Source: Candidatus Bruticola sp.
GTDB lineage: Bacteria > Vulcanimicrobiota > Xenobia > Xenobiales > Xenobiaceae
Length of the DNA: 64,000 bases
NCBI GenBank assembly: GCA_051874735.1
Contig: JBJEGD010000022.1
Coordinates: forward strand, 64,000 to 127,999
Direction of reading: 5' to 3'
Shown in pieces: positions 35,574-45,869 of the stretch. Every line of letters starts with the position of its first letter. Position 1 is the first letter of the stretch. Made by a program: the position numbers and the translations under genes. The notes beneath the pieces were generated by a model. That model searched no databases. It had not been told where the DNA came from and was given only the letters and a program-made list of their open reading frames with translations.

Positions 35574-37316
35574 CTACAGAATTTCAGTTCTCAGTTTCTT
35601 TTGTAAGTCAATATATTCTATATACAGCGGATCACTATTAGACAGCGTTCCTGCTTCTAACCTGGCTAATACTTGACATTTTAAACTTTCCAGACGTCGC
35701 TTTAGATAGTTATTTCTTATGTCAGTAGCCAACTTAAGCACATCCTCAGCGTTGCTACTTAAGCGATCGTAAGCCATCAGTTCGCTAATTTTTTCCGCTT
35801 CAGCCGGACTGGATTCCTTGTCGAGCAATTCAGTAATAGTAACAGGATGGGTACGCTCCTTCATATTCCACAACTTAACAAACAATAAACGCAACTCATA
35901 ATTATCTATATATTCCGGATTTATCAGAGTTTTCGCTTCCTTAATCCACTCCGGATGTGAAGTGCACAGACTGAATAATTTCTCTGCAGAAGTCAAAACA
36001 CGATCCTTAGCTTTATAGCTGGAAGTATTAGCCACGCCACGTCGACTGCGATTGAGATAAATTAGCAGCTTGTTTTCCGAAAATCCGCTGTAATAGGCTA
36101 ATTCACTAACATAAGCGTTACGCCTAACCGGATCCTGAATGCGCATAATAAAGGGCAACACATTTTTCACCAAATCTTCTTTGCCCTCTGGTGTAGTTGT
36201 ATCTAGCGTTTTCAACAGCTGATCTATCTTAAACTTAACTATCCCCACCTTTTTGTTTAATATATCATCGACCGCCTGCCTCCCCTTAGCAGCCATAGAA
36301 TCAGGGTCTTCCCCTTCCGGCCAAACTACAGCCATAACTTGCAGGCCGGCTTCTTCTAAAACGGCACTGCCGTTAATAATGGCCTTAACTCCTGCCTTAT
36401 CTCCATCATAGGCCAAAATAACCTGTTTGGTGTAGCGCTTCAGCAACTTGGCCTGCTCTGCTGTGAAAGCTGTGCCCAGAGAAGCTACGCAACACTCTAT
36501 ACCAATCTGATGCATAGCAATAACATCTAGGTATCCTTCTGTAAGTATAGCCAGGTTTTCTCTAGTGATAGCTCCCCTAGCCAGATTTAATCCATATAGA
36601 TGGAAACGCTTAGAGTACAATTCCGTTTCAGGAGAATTAATATATTTTGGCAACCCTTCCCCTAAAATGCGACCTCCCATAGCCACGATACGCCCCTGAA
36701 AATCGGCAATCGGAAAAATTAAACGACCATTCAGTAGTTCACGGATACCGCGCTCTTTTTTTATGAAAACACCACTGCGCAGCAAATCATCTTCAGAAAA
36801 ACCGGCCTGATGCACCACTTGCAGAAGACGTATGGAATTAGTCGGGGCGAATCCTAAACGAAATTTTTGAGCTATTTTTTTGGATATACGCCTCTTTTTC
36901 AGATAATCACGTCCAGCCTGTCCTTCTTTACTTTCAAAAAGTATGCGACTGTAATAATTGGTAATCCGCTCTAAAAGCTGTAAACTTCGCTGGCGAGAAG
37001 TGACAGCTTCATTTTCGTCAGACTTAAATTTAATTTCCACTCCAGCCTCAGCAGCCAACTTTCTAACGGCTTCTGGAAATCCCATGCCTTCTATTTTCAT
37101 AAGAAATTGAAAAACATTACCACCCTGACGGCAGCCGAAGCAGTACCAAAAGCCGCGCTCAGGATCGACACTAAACGAGGGAGTCTTTTCATTGTGGAAC
37201 GGACATAAGCCTAAGTATTTGCTGCCAGATCTTTTAAGTTGCATATATCTGCCGATAACGGACGATATATCGATGCGACTACCTATTTCATTAATGATTT
37301 CTTCAGGAATTTTCAT
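35574..37316 (-). CDS. dnaG: DNA primase
   Basis: GLCPFHNEKTPSF, YCFGC, RLIFPI, GGR, PKYINSPET, EGYLDVI, ASLGTA, YDGDKAG, DPD. Confidence 0.97.
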   Translation of the reverse strand: MKIPEEIINEIGSRIDISSVIGRYMQLKRSGSKYLGLCPFHNEKTPSFSVDPERGFWYCFGCRQGGNVFQFLMKIEGMGFPEAVRKLAAEAGVEIKFKSDENEAVTSRQRSLQLLERITNYYSRILFESKEGQAGRDYLKKRRISKKIAQKFRLGFAPTNSIRLLQVVHQAGFSEDDLLRSGVFIKKERGIRELLNGRLIFPIADFQGRIVAMGGRILGEGLPKYINSPETELYSKRFHLYGLNLARGAITRENLAILTEGYLDVIAMHQIGIECCVASLGTAFTAEQAKLLKRYTKQVILAYDGDKAGVKAIINGSAVLEEAGLQVMAVVWPEGEDPDSMAAKGRQAVDDILNKKVGIVKFKIDQLLKTLDTTTPEGKEDLVKNVLPFIMRIQDPVRRNAYVSELAYYSGFSENKLLIYLNRSRRGVANTSSYKAKDRVLTSAEKLFSLCTSHPEWIKEAKTLINPEYIDNYELRLLFVKLWNMKERTHPVTITELLDKESSPAEAEKISELMAYDRLSSNAEDVLKLATDIRNNYLKRRLESLKCQVLARLEAGTLSNSDPLYIEYIDLQKKLRTEIL

Positions 37317-37424
37317 ATTTTTAGCTTAAATACAACAGATATACCAAAATAATACTAAATTGTGAGAGTTTTTTTGATATAAAACAGACAGGAACTAAAG
37401 TCCTGTTTAGATAAGTTTCCCCGC

Positions 37425-38009
37425 GTGAGCGAAGAAGATAACATTAAAGAAGGAAGTAATCTCTCTAGCGACTCCTCCACAAAAGAAGCCGCTACTACCG
37501 AAAAGCAAACTACGGAAGAAAAGAAAACTGATGTCCTCGACAAAAGGATTGTTTATGAATCTTCCATGAGAAACTTTTATATAGCCTCTCTGCTGCTTTT
37601 ATTGCTATCAGGCGCACTGATAAAAACGGGAATATCTATGATGAGCGGTCGAGGCGGCAGTCTCGACGCCGAAGTTATCATAATGGGTTCCCTGCCTATT
37701 CTGCTGGCAATATTTTGTTTTGTTGTAATTATTATGGCCCATTCAAGCTTTCGCGGCAGAACTATAATTCTTACCCCTACTCACCTAATTTATGACGACG
37801 GCCGCAAAAGGATCATTAATATGGCCTGGAAAAATTTTCAAACAGCCACAGAGATAAAACCAACAAAAAGTATATTAGACCACACTACCATAAGCGATGG
37901 GCAGAATAGTTTTGTAATAGAACGCTTTTTCTTCCCCAACTACGATAAACTCTGCACAGACATAAAAACGGTGCGACGCCTAGCCAAAAAACAGGACATT
38001 TTCCTATAA
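37425..38009 (+). CDS. Hypothetical membrane protein (2 TM plus small C-terminal domain)
   Basis: Two hydrophobic helices followed by a beta-rich segment; GTG start with no clear SD. Confidence 0.65.
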   Translation: MSEEDNIKEGSNLSSDSSTKEAATTEKQTTEEKKTDVLDKRIVYESSMRNFYIASLLLLLLSGALIKTGISMMSGRGGSLDAEVIIMGSLPILLAIFCFVVIIMAHSSFRGRTIILTPTHLIYDDGRKRIINMAWKNFQTATEIKPTKSILDHTTISDGQNSFVIERFFFPNYDKLCTDIKTVRRLAKKQDIFL

Positions 38010-38129
38010 ATATTTTGGAATGAAGAATCACACTGTGAATAACACTGCTTAAGCGAAAAGAAATTCTCGCTTAACAGGGGACAAACATTCAGCAGAGCCT
38101 ACGTTAACTTAAAAATAAACAAACAGCAT

Positions 38130-38164
38130 AAAAAAAGCTCCCTTGAAGGAAGGGAGCTTTTTTA
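38130..38164. terminator. Bidirectional rho-independent terminator
   Basis: A7-gctccctt-gaagg-aagggagc-T7 between convergent genes. Confidence 0.85.
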
Positions 38165-38176
38165 TGCTAACCTTTT

Positions 38177-38884
38177 TTAAAGCTCCTTAAGAGCTCTGAC
38201 TTCACTGTCACTTAAATGCCGATACTTGCCACGAGGCAAATTGCCTATACAAATAGGTCCTAACTTTACTCTCTCTAGCCTCTTAACTTTGCAGCCTACA
38301 GCTGCCAGCATACGGCGAACTTGACGCTTACGCCCTTCATGAATCGTAAGCTGAACCTTATCCTCCGCCAAAATTTTCACCTTAGCAGGAGCAGTCCAAC
38401 CATCGTCGAGGCAAACTCCCTCCTCAAGGAAACGCATCTCGCGCTCCCCTGGAAGCACATCGACACATGCAACATATACTTTATCAACAAAACTGCTCGG
38501 GTGAAGCAGTTTATTAGTCAGAGCACCGTCATTGGTAAAAATAAGCAGTCCCTCAGTATCACGATCGAGCCTGCCTACAGGGTAAATACGAACAGGAATA
38601 TCCTGCACAAATTCCATGACGGTAGGACGATTAGCCTGATCTTTGACAGTAGAAACGAAGCCGCGGGGCTTATTGAGAACTATATAAATTCTCTTAGAAC
38701 CAACCTTATTTATTTTTCCCCAACCAAGGACTTCAATATCATCGCAGTCAAGATCAGCCTTACTGCCTAAAGAAGCAGTCTGACCATTTACTTTGACTTG
38801 ACCTCCGGAAATAAGGGACTCACAATGTCTACGAGATCCGACTCCGCCATCGGCCATAATCTTCTGTAAGCGTTCTGCGGTCAT
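38177..38884 (-). CDS. rluB: rRNA pseudouridine synthase, RluB/RsuA family with S4 domain
   Basis: ERLQK....GVGSRR, LNKPRG, PVGRLDRDTEGL (catalytic Asp), EGRKRQVRRM. Confidence 0.88.
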   Translation of the reverse strand: MTAERLQKIMADGGVGSRRHCESLISGGQVKVNGQTASLGSKADLDCDDIEVLGWGKINKVGSKRIYIVLNKPRGFVSTVKDQANRPTVMEFVQDIPVRIYPVGRLDRDTEGLLIFTNDGALTNKLLHPSSFVDKVYVACVDVLPGEREMRFLEEGVCLDDGWTAPAKVKILAEDKVQLTIHEGRKRQVRRMLAAVGCKVKRLERVKLGPICIGNLPRGKYRHLSDSEVRALKEL

Positions 38885-38918
38885 AAGAGGATGCGCCTAC
38901 CAAAAAATTGGCAATACT

Positions 38919-39344
38919 CTATTCCCAAACAGAAACGCGTATTTTACGAGCATTGGGATGATTACGATGCTCCCAGAGATAGATTCCCTGCCACTGTCCC
39001 ATAGCCAGTTTGCCGTCGATGACGGGAATAGTTAAACAGACATTGGTTATAGCGGCTTTTATGTGAGAAGGCATGTCATCTTCGCCTTCTTCAACGTGTT
39101 TAAACCAATCGGCAAAGGGAACAGAACGCATCATCCACTCTTCGAGATCATGACGAGCGTTAGGGTCATGATTTTCCTGAATGCACAAACTGCAGGAGGT
39201 ATGTAAAACGAATAAGTTGCACATACCATTTTCGATATTGCTGTGCTTGACAACATCGTTAATCTGCTGAGTAATGTTATAAAGCCCCTGGGCAGAGGCC
39301 TGATAAGAAACGACTTCTGAAAACATGATTGCTGCGCTTTCCAT
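38919..39344 (-). CDS. yjbQ: YjbQ/UPF0047 family protein (secondary thiamine-phosphate synthase)
   Basis: HTSCSL.IQEN.DP, HVEEGEDDMPSHIK, GQWQGIYLWEHR. Confidence 0.9.
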   Translation of the reverse strand: MESAAIMFSEVVSYQASAQGLYNITQQINDVVKHSNIENGMCNLFVLHTSCSLCIQENHDPNARHDLEEWMMRSVPFADWFKHVEEGEDDMPSHIKAAITNVCLTIPVIDGKLAMGQWQGIYLWEHRNHPNARKIRVSVWE

Positions 39345-39546
39345 TAAAATAACCTTAATCCTTCAAGTGATACAAAATTTTATCTAACAGTTTGTGAGTT
39401 ATTTAGTCTAAATAGCCTTACAATAGAGCGATAATAAGCAAGTATGATCTTCAATTATCAGTAAAACCTTCATAAAATCCGCTAGGATATAGAGGCAAGT
39501 TATAGAAAAGTCGTAAGCTAATTTTTAGAATTGGATATTAGATTCT

Positions 39547-40800
39547 ATGGCCATTGCTCCTAATAATAGGCTCCATTTAAACTCTCAAGATATTACCCGC
39601 TGGGATCTTTTTGCTTGCGTGGCGGGACGTCCGGAAGGAATTGCTTTAACTAGGCTAGCCCACATACTACACGTAGATCGCGAACGATCCCTCATAGTTC
39701 CTCTAGGAGCTCTAGAAGATGAAGGTTTAATTGTATGCGATAGCCGCGATCATTACATATTAAACAATAAATCTCAGATAGCTAAAAACCTGCGTCAAAC
39801 CTTGGCTTTCGCTTTAGCTTCTGATTGCGACTACAACGTTTATTTTTCAGATAAAATGATTGCTTTCTTGAAAAAGGCCTATCGCAGTGACTATTTCAAT
39901 AACAGAGATGTCCCTCCTGAGCTTATGGATCCAGAACTTCTCTGCCGTTTAGTGGACAATGCTTTGTTGCTCATATACAGTTACGAGCCTTTTACAGGTC
40001 GCATGGTAGAAAATATTTTCCTAGACGGGCTTTGCGATTACCTAAAGATTAAACGAGTTAAGTCATTCTTCTTTAGACGCAAAGTGCCCTTAGAGCAGTT
40101 TCTAGAGGGACGAACCGAAAATTTTCAAGATCCCAACAGCCCGCAGCTAAAAGCAGCCATGGAACTTTTCCATAACAAAAATTTAATCGGCCGTAATTGG
40201 GGTTTGCCCACTCTTGGCAAAGAAATTCGCGAGAGCGTAGAAAAAGAAGATTCAGAGATGTTCGATCCTTCTTCTAAAGCCTGTTACGAACACTCTTGGG
40301 AAAAGATGCATGAGTACAGCAGAGAAGGACGCCAACTAACCGTCGATATGCTGCGCGAATACCATCAGTTATCTATGGCTAACACTGATTTCGGTGGCAT
40401 TTATCGAGATCACGAAGTTATGATTGCCAATAATCCTAACTTTAAACCGGCCCCCATTAATGAAATTCCCCAGCGTTTGGAACAGTTGGTCGATTATTTA
40501 GCTCAAAGCTCTCCTTCCACATTTGAAGAGGCTCTTGATCTGTGTGCTTACGCCTATAATGAATTTGTACATATTCATCCTTTCCAAGACGGAAATAGCC
40601 GCACTGCCAGAGTAGTGCTAGGTCATATGCTCAATTTACTACATATGCCATTTGAAGAGATTCCTAGCAGTTTTTCTGCTCGTTTTCTCATCGTCACGAA
40701 AGGTTTAGAAAAGCGCAACGATAAAGAAGTAAAATATGTGTTGGAAGAAATTTACTTAAACTGTATGAATCGCAAAGAACTCAGCCAAGTAATAAATTAG
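39547..40800 (+). CDS. Fic-domain protein with N-terminal winged-helix-like region
   Basis: GIYRDHEV and FVHIHPFQDGNSRTAR (Fic motif HxFxDGNxRxxR). Confidence 0.85.
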   Translation: MAIAPNNRLHLNSQDITRWDLFACVAGRPEGIALTRLAHILHVDRERSLIVPLGALEDEGLIVCDSRDHYILNNKSQIAKNLRQTLAFALASDCDYNVYFSDKMIAFLKKAYRSDYFNNRDVPPELMDPELLCRLVDNALLLIYSYEPFTGRMVENIFLDGLCDYLKIKRVKSFFFRRKVPLEQFLEGRTENFQDPNSPQLKAAMELFHNKNLIGRNWGLPTLGKEIRESVEKEDSEMFDPSSKACYEHSWEKMHEYSREGRQLTVDMLREYHQLSMANTDFGGIYRDHEVMIANNPNFKPAPINEIPQRLEQLVDYLAQSSPSTFEEALDLCAYAYNEFVHIHPFQDGNSRTARVVLGHMLNLLHMPFEEIPSSFSARFLIVTKGLEKRNDKEVKYVLEEIYLNCMNRKELSQVIN

Positions 40801-40840
40801 CTTGGGCTTTTTAACTCACGATTACGTATACTTCACTGTA

Positions 40841-40885
40841 AAATTTGGGCCTATGAATTGCGGTTCAATTCACAGGCCCAAATTT
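40841..40885. terminator. Long hairpin after the Fic gene (probable terminator)
   Basis: aaatttgggcct.tgaattg / caattca.aggcccaaattt inverted repeat. Confidence 0.65.
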
Positions 40886-41165
40886 ATTATCTTCAGCGAC
40901 CATAATTGGCTCCAAAGCGGCAGCTTAGTATAAATTTAGATATAATGCCAACGTACGCGCCAGTGTAAGCACTGAATATGACTAACCGTACAAAATATCA
41001 CTGCGGTTAAACAAATCTTCATTTGTTATAATTGAGTCCGCAGTAATTATTTTCTAAAAGCTTAAGCGTATTATACTTTGTGAGAAAACAACCTAAATTA
41101 TAGAAATTTAAGGATAATAGCAAAAAAACTTTATTCTTAATCATATTTAATTCCTAACATAAAAC

Positions 41166-42185
41166 TTATTGATAGGCAAAAAATATGGTATGACGATCAC
41201 AATTAACGGAACCTAAAACTGAAGGAACTGTCAAAGCCCGACAGACGAATCCTAAATGCTGCAATCTCCCAATAAAGCTGCTATCTTGACCTACAGACCA
41301 CACAGATAAAACGCCTCCAGGATTCAGGTGCTCACCTATTTCCTTTAAACCTGTTTCACTATACAAAGTATGGTTAGCCATTTGGGTAGTAGGCTCCGGA
41401 CCGTTATCAACATCGAGCATAATTACATCCCAATTTTGCGAACGTACCGCTTCTCTGACGTCACCTATAAACAAATGGGCTCTAGGATCACGCAAAGGGA
41501 AGTCGGCTAATTTTCCCAATATTCCTCTATTCCAATCGGCCACACAATTCATAAGTTCAGCCACCACAACCTGACTGGCTTGGGGAAAAGCTCTCAAAGC
41601 AGCTTTCAAAGTATAACCCAGCCCCAACCCGCCGATCAAAACATTTAAAGAGTCAAAACTCTTTTCTATAAAATCGTCATGCCAGCCATCCTGAAAGGCT
41701 AGTTTAGATAAACGATCAAGCCCGCCATTATTCATATTTTGCAAATCGTTATGCAACAACGCACACAGATAAGCCATAAGCTCTTCAGAACCGTGCTGTC
41801 CACTAGCCATCAGCTCTATTCCATCTACAAAAATAGCTAATTCCTCGCCGCAGCGCAATAACTCCATAGTAGTATATTCTGGAGTAATTGCTCTATCTAG
41901 ACAGTCCCAACAGTCAGCAGCAGGTCTATTTGTCCTAATAGAAGATTGAGAGGACAATTTTTTAGGCTCTTTTTCTAAAACAATTCTTGCAGAGCTAGGC
42001 AGCGCTCTCTCCACAAAATCGGTGCCAGCAGCTTGCTTATTCAGCCATTGCTGAGCTTCCGTACTCAACTCATCGTACAAGGCAGCATTAGGTTGAACGC
42101 AGTGCTTATGATTTTCCTCTTTTCGACGATGTTCTAACTCAGCTGCACTAAAACTATAATCATCAAAATGACGGTGCTTACTCAT
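41166..42185 (-). CDS. Spermidine synthase-like SAM-dependent methyltransferase-fold protein
   Basis: ELM....HGSEE, VLIGGLGLGYTL, VVAEL...V.DWN, L.DPR, DVIMLDVDNGP, LNPGGVLSVWS. Confidence 0.75.
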   Translation of the reverse strand: MSKHRHFDDYSFSAAELEHRRKEENHKHCVQPNAALYDELSTEAQQWLNKQAAGTDFVERALPSSARIVLEKEPKKLSSQSSIRTNRPAADCWDCLDRAITPEYTTMELLRCGEELAIFVDGIELMASGQHGSEELMAYLCALLHNDLQNMNNGGLDRLSKLAFQDGWHDDFIEKSFDSLNVLIGGLGLGYTLKAALRAFPQASQVVVAELMNCVADWNRGILGKLADFPLRDPRAHLFIGDVREAVRSQNWDVIMLDVDNGPEPTTQMANHTLYSETGLKEIGEHLNPGGVLSVWSVGQDSSFIGRLQHLGFVCRALTVPSVLGSVNCDRHTIFFAYQ

Positions 42186-42188
42186 TAC

Positions 42189-44255
42189 TTAAATACGATG
42201 GAACAGACGTTCCAGCATCTTTTCTTCTAAGATAATCCTGGTAGGGCGTCCATGAGGACAATAAAGTGAATGCTCTACCTGAAGCATACTGTTTACTAAC
42301 CCCTCCATAGCTTCTGAGCTTAAGATGTCGCCAGCTTTGACAGCCGCTTTGCAGCTAGCCATAGCTCTAATTTTTTCTCGCAACAATTCTGCAGTACTGC
42401 TGCGCACAGATATCAATTCGTGGGCTAGTTCCTCTACTAATTCAGCAAAAGTCGCTGCAGCCTGGCTAGCTGGTAAAGAAGAAGGGACTCCGCGCAAAGC
42501 AAAACTATTGGGGCCAAAATTGTCTACTTCGTAGCCGTACTCACGAAAACTATCCAGACTATTCTGCAAAAATTGACTGACATCGGGAGAGAAATCAACA
42601 ATTTCGGGAATGAGCAACCCTTGAGAGCGTTCGCTTAAAACTTTTATATGGGCTAAATTTTCGTAATTTACACGTTCTTGAGCCGTATGCTGGTCTACCA
42701 ACCAAAGTTTTCCTTCATAGACGCCAACTATAAAAGTTTTGTAAACCTGACCTAAAACTTTAAACTTACTGACACTTGAAGAGCCTTTCCAAAATTCAGC
42801 CTGTGCTACTTGCTTAAAATTTTCATTGCGTGCAGAACTATCACAGATAGAGTTAACTGGCTCAGCTTCAGACTTAAAGCCCCCGCTTTGACCTTCATAT
42901 GCTACCTCTTCATTCTGAGGCTCTTCTGCTTTATAAGGAGCGTAAAGTTCTAAGGCTGCTCCAGACTCGGCAGCAGAAAGACGCATATTAAGCAAGCGTT
43001 TATCGGCCACGCGGCTAAGCTCACGCACAGGCAAAGAAGGCCTGGAACCAGATGCGCCCGCAAGAGCAACTGGACCATAGTTACAAGCGGAGTTGAATTG
43101 GCTATTGCTGCCTCCTGGCGATGCAGAAACAGCAGCTGCTGGAACATCCTTTTCAGTTTCAGTCGGCAATAATGACGATCCACTTGCAGGAGAAGGGCTT
43201 TGCTTATTAACTTGACGCGCTAAAAAATTAAAATGTTTCGGCAACACACTGTCGGCTTTATAATTTTCCAAGGCCTGACTGACAGCACGGTAAATAAGGG
43301 AAAAGACAGGTCGCGGATCGGCAAAGCGCACTTCCAATTTAGCGGGATGAACATTTACGTCTACAAAAGCTGGATCTACACTTAAACGAATCATACCAAC
43401 TGGGAATTTGCCCTTCTCAATAAGAGGACCGAATCCCTCAGTTAGTGCTTGAGACAAACTTTGAGAGCGTATAATTCTGCCATTCATAACAAAAAGTTGG
43501 CAGGTACGGTTATTCTTAGCAGTGCTGGGCTTAGCGATAAACCCATCTAAACTTATGCCCTCATTATTGGCGAATACTTGTATAAAATCGTTTTTATCCA
43601 GCTTCCATAGCTTAGTAAGCCGCTTGTCGCTGCTCATATCAGCAGAGAACGAAAAAACTTCTTTTCCATTGGAAGTTAAAGAAAAAGCTACTTCAGGCCA
43701 AGCAGCAGCTAAACGGCCTAAAAGATCGGTAATCTGAGCACTTTCCGCGCTAGCTGACCGCAAAAATTTTAGACGAGCCGGCGTATTAAAAAAAAGATCA
43801 CGCACCGTAATGCGGGTCCCAGGAACGGCAGCACAAACACTAATTTCGGGTTCAGAAGCCCCTTCCATAGTCAAAAGAGTGCCTTCTAAATCGCCCGATT
43901 GGCAGGTGCGTATTTCTAAGCGGGACACAGCCGCAATGCTGGGTAGAGCTTCTCCTCTAAACCCTAAAGTATATAAATTATCAAGATCTTCCCAATCTTT
44001 TATTTTAGAAGTAGCAAAACGCTGCACTGATAAACGGACATCTTCGGAGTTCATGCCGCATCCGTCGTCGACAACCTGCATCAACTCTCGACCGCCGCCT
44101 CTTATATTGACACTAACCCTACTTGACGAAGCGTCTAGAGCATTCTCCACTAACTCCTTAATTACAGAGGCCGGACGGTCTACAACCTCGCCGGCAGCAA
44201 TGCGCTCATAAACGCTTTTTTCCAAAAGACGTACTCTAGGCTGCCTATCATCCAT
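42189..44255 (-). CDS. mutL: DNA mismatch repair protein MutL with C-terminal endonuclease motifs
   Basis: IAAGEVVDRPASVIKELVENALDA, DDGCGM, TSK, GFRGEAL, DVNVHP.K.EV, DQHTAQERVNYE, QGLLIP, SCK, CPHGRP. Confidence 0.97.
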   Translation of the reverse strand: MDDRQPRVRLLEKSVYERIAAGEVVDRPASVIKELVENALDASSSRVSVNIRGGGRELMQVVDDGCGMNSEDVRLSVQRFATSKIKDWEDLDNLYTLGFRGEALPSIAAVSRLEIRTCQSGDLEGTLLTMEGASEPEISVCAAVPGTRITVRDLFFNTPARLKFLRSASAESAQITDLLGRLAAAWPEVAFSLTSNGKEVFSFSADMSSDKRLTKLWKLDKNDFIQVFANNEGISLDGFIAKPSTAKNNRTCQLFVMNGRIIRSQSLSQALTEGFGPLIEKGKFPVGMIRLSVDPAFVDVNVHPAKLEVRFADPRPVFSLIYRAVSQALENYKADSVLPKHFNFLARQVNKQSPSPASGSSLLPTETEKDVPAAAVSASPGGSNSQFNSACNYGPVALAGASGSRPSLPVRELSRVADKRLLNMRLSAAESGAALELYAPYKAEEPQNEEVAYEGQSGGFKSEAEPVNSICDSSARNENFKQVAQAEFWKGSSSVSKFKVLGQVYKTFIVGVYEGKLWLVDQHTAQERVNYENLAHIKVLSERSQGLLIPEIVDFSPDVSQFLQNSLDSFREYGYEVDNFGPNSFALRGVPSSLPASQAAATFAELVEELAHELISVRSSTAELLREKIRAMASCKAAVKAGDILSSEAMEGLVNSMLQVEHSLYCPHGRPTRIILEEKMLERLFHRI

Positions 44256-44354
44256 AGATTCAAAACAGACTCTTCTTTCCTAATTTTGCTATTTTTCTAA
44301 TTAAAAAAATACAGGCACTACAGCCACACTTTGTACAAGCGCCTAAATAAAATA

Positions 44355-45161
44355 TTATAGCAGCTGATCTACTCTCACTAATTGGAAGCCACGCTGACGC
44401 AATCCCCTAATAATCGCGGGCAAAGCAGCCACCGTTTGACTGCGATCCCCTCCTCCATCGTGAAGAAGAACTATATCTCCTGACTGAGCTTGAGAAATAA
44501 CTCTTTGAGCAATTACTTCTGCACCGGGAAGCTGCCAATCGCGAGGGCAGTTAGACCAAAGAACCGCTAATTGACGCAAATCATATCCATCTTTTAAGTT
44601 CCAAGGGTAACGCATACCGTAAGGGGGACGGTAATAGCGATTCTTTTCACCTAAAACGGCTTCTAAGGCTAATCCCCCTTCAAGAATTTCCTGACGGGCC
44701 CGGCTGGGAGTGCATCCCAAAAAATTACAGTGAGAAAAACTATGCGATCCCAATAAATGACCGCCTTCTTTAATTTTTTTAACTAAATCTGGATATTCAA
44801 GCACATGAGTACCAACACAAAAGAAAGAAGCTTCTGCTTTTTCTTGAGCCAGCACGTCGAGAATTTGGGGAGTATTTAACGGATGAGGTCCGTCATCGAA
44901 TGTCAAGGCTATTTTGCGGCTGTCACGCAATCCACAAGAAAACACTTCTCCGTAAAGAGAAGAACTAACATTGACACAAGGTTCAAGTAAAGCCCCTAAA
45001 GTAAGCACTGCACTATAAGTGCCCCAAAAAAGCGAGGCTTTCCTAATTTTTTTAGGACACAGAGCCCACGCTCCAAGTGTCAGCAGCCCGGTGCCTATAC
45101 AATAGGCAGCTTGATAATTATCGTATATCCAATCGCGTATGTCGTCACTACAAAAATTCAT
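44355..45161 (-). CDS. Polysaccharide deacetylase (NodB/CE4) with N-terminal membrane anchor
   Basis: ALTFDDGP, HSFSH, RPPYG, DW, IVLLHDG. Confidence 0.9.
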   Translation of the reverse strand: MNFCSDDIRDWIYDNYQAAYCIGTGLLTLGAWALCPKKIRKASLFWGTYSAVLTLGALLEPCVNVSSSLYGEVFSCGLRDSRKIALTFDDGPHPLNTPQILDVLAQEKAEASFFCVGTHVLEYPDLVKKIKEGGHLLGSHSFSHCNFLGCTPSRARQEILEGGLALEAVLGEKNRYYRPPYGMRYPWNLKDGYDLRQLAVLWSNCPRDWQLPGAEVIAQRVISQAQSGDIVLLHDGGGDRSQTVAALPAIIRGLRQRGFQLVRVDQLL

Positions 45162-45387
45162 CTCTATTGCTACCCTGTGCAGACTATTACTTTACTGTCG
45201 AAATCGTTATTTAAAAATGAACTAGATGAACAAAACAGCGGCTAAAAGTTTTATACTTTTTAGCCGCCTCCTGCTCAGCTAATAGTTCTTCTTGGCAATT
45301 GTCCACAGGGGGAAATACTTTTTGGAATAGCGAAGAACAGGGCGGGATCATCGGCAAAGCTTCGAATGGGAGGTAGAACTAACGCAT

Positions 45388-45774
45388 ATGAGTAATGATG
45401 ATCGTTTCGCCTCTAGGGGCAAAACTCAGGAGCAACTAGCTGGAAAGAGCAGCGATCTTAAAATTAAAGGCGTAGAAGAGCACGAGAGAAAACTGCTAGA
45501 GCAGATGCGCAATAAAAGAAAGCAACAGGAAGCGCATAAAGCCAGTCTGGAGCAAGGCGGCCCCAGTCCTGAGACAGCGGCCAACGTTCACTATATGAAG
45601 TGCCCTGAATGTGGTTTTGATCTTAAACCGAGCAATATCGAAGAATTAGGCATGTCCCTGCCCAAATGTGCTAATTGTGGCGGTGTATTCGTAAGCAAAG
45701 AAAAAATCGCTTCTATGAAAGAAAGATCTGGCGTTTTAGGACGTCTGAGTAAAATATTTGGCAGCAGCAAATAA
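45388..45774 (+). CDS. zf-TFIIB-type zinc-ribbon protein
   Basis: HYMKCPECGFDL...CANCGGVFV; GGGAGG SD. Confidence 0.75.
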   Translation: MSNDDRFASRGKTQEQLAGKSSDLKIKGVEEHERKLLEQMRNKRKQQEAHKASLEQGGPSPETAANVHYMKCPECGFDLKPSNIEELGMSLPKCANCGGVFVSKEKIASMKERSGVLGRLSKIFGSSK

Positions 45775-45782
45775 AGCCTAAG

Positions 45783-45846
45783 AGAACCGACGCCGGATAC
45801 ATGTCAATAAGTCATTTATTTGACGGCGTCGGTTCTTTTTATTTTT
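45783..45846 (+). terminator. Rho-independent terminator
   Basis: agaaccgacgcc / ggcgtcggttct stem followed by a T tract. Confidence 0.7.
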
Positions 45847-45869
45847 GTTACAGAAAACAGCCGTTGCCT

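Noticed and set aside
45238-45267. Inverted repeat gcggctaaaag/ctttttagccgc in a divergent spacer
   Set aside because: It could be an operator or hairpin, but it is single-copy in the window and no function can be supported.
45299-45307. DnaA-box-like TTGTCCACA (and a one-mismatch box near 3399-3407)
   Set aside because: These are isolated single boxes with no cluster or dnaA context, so there is no evidence for oriC.
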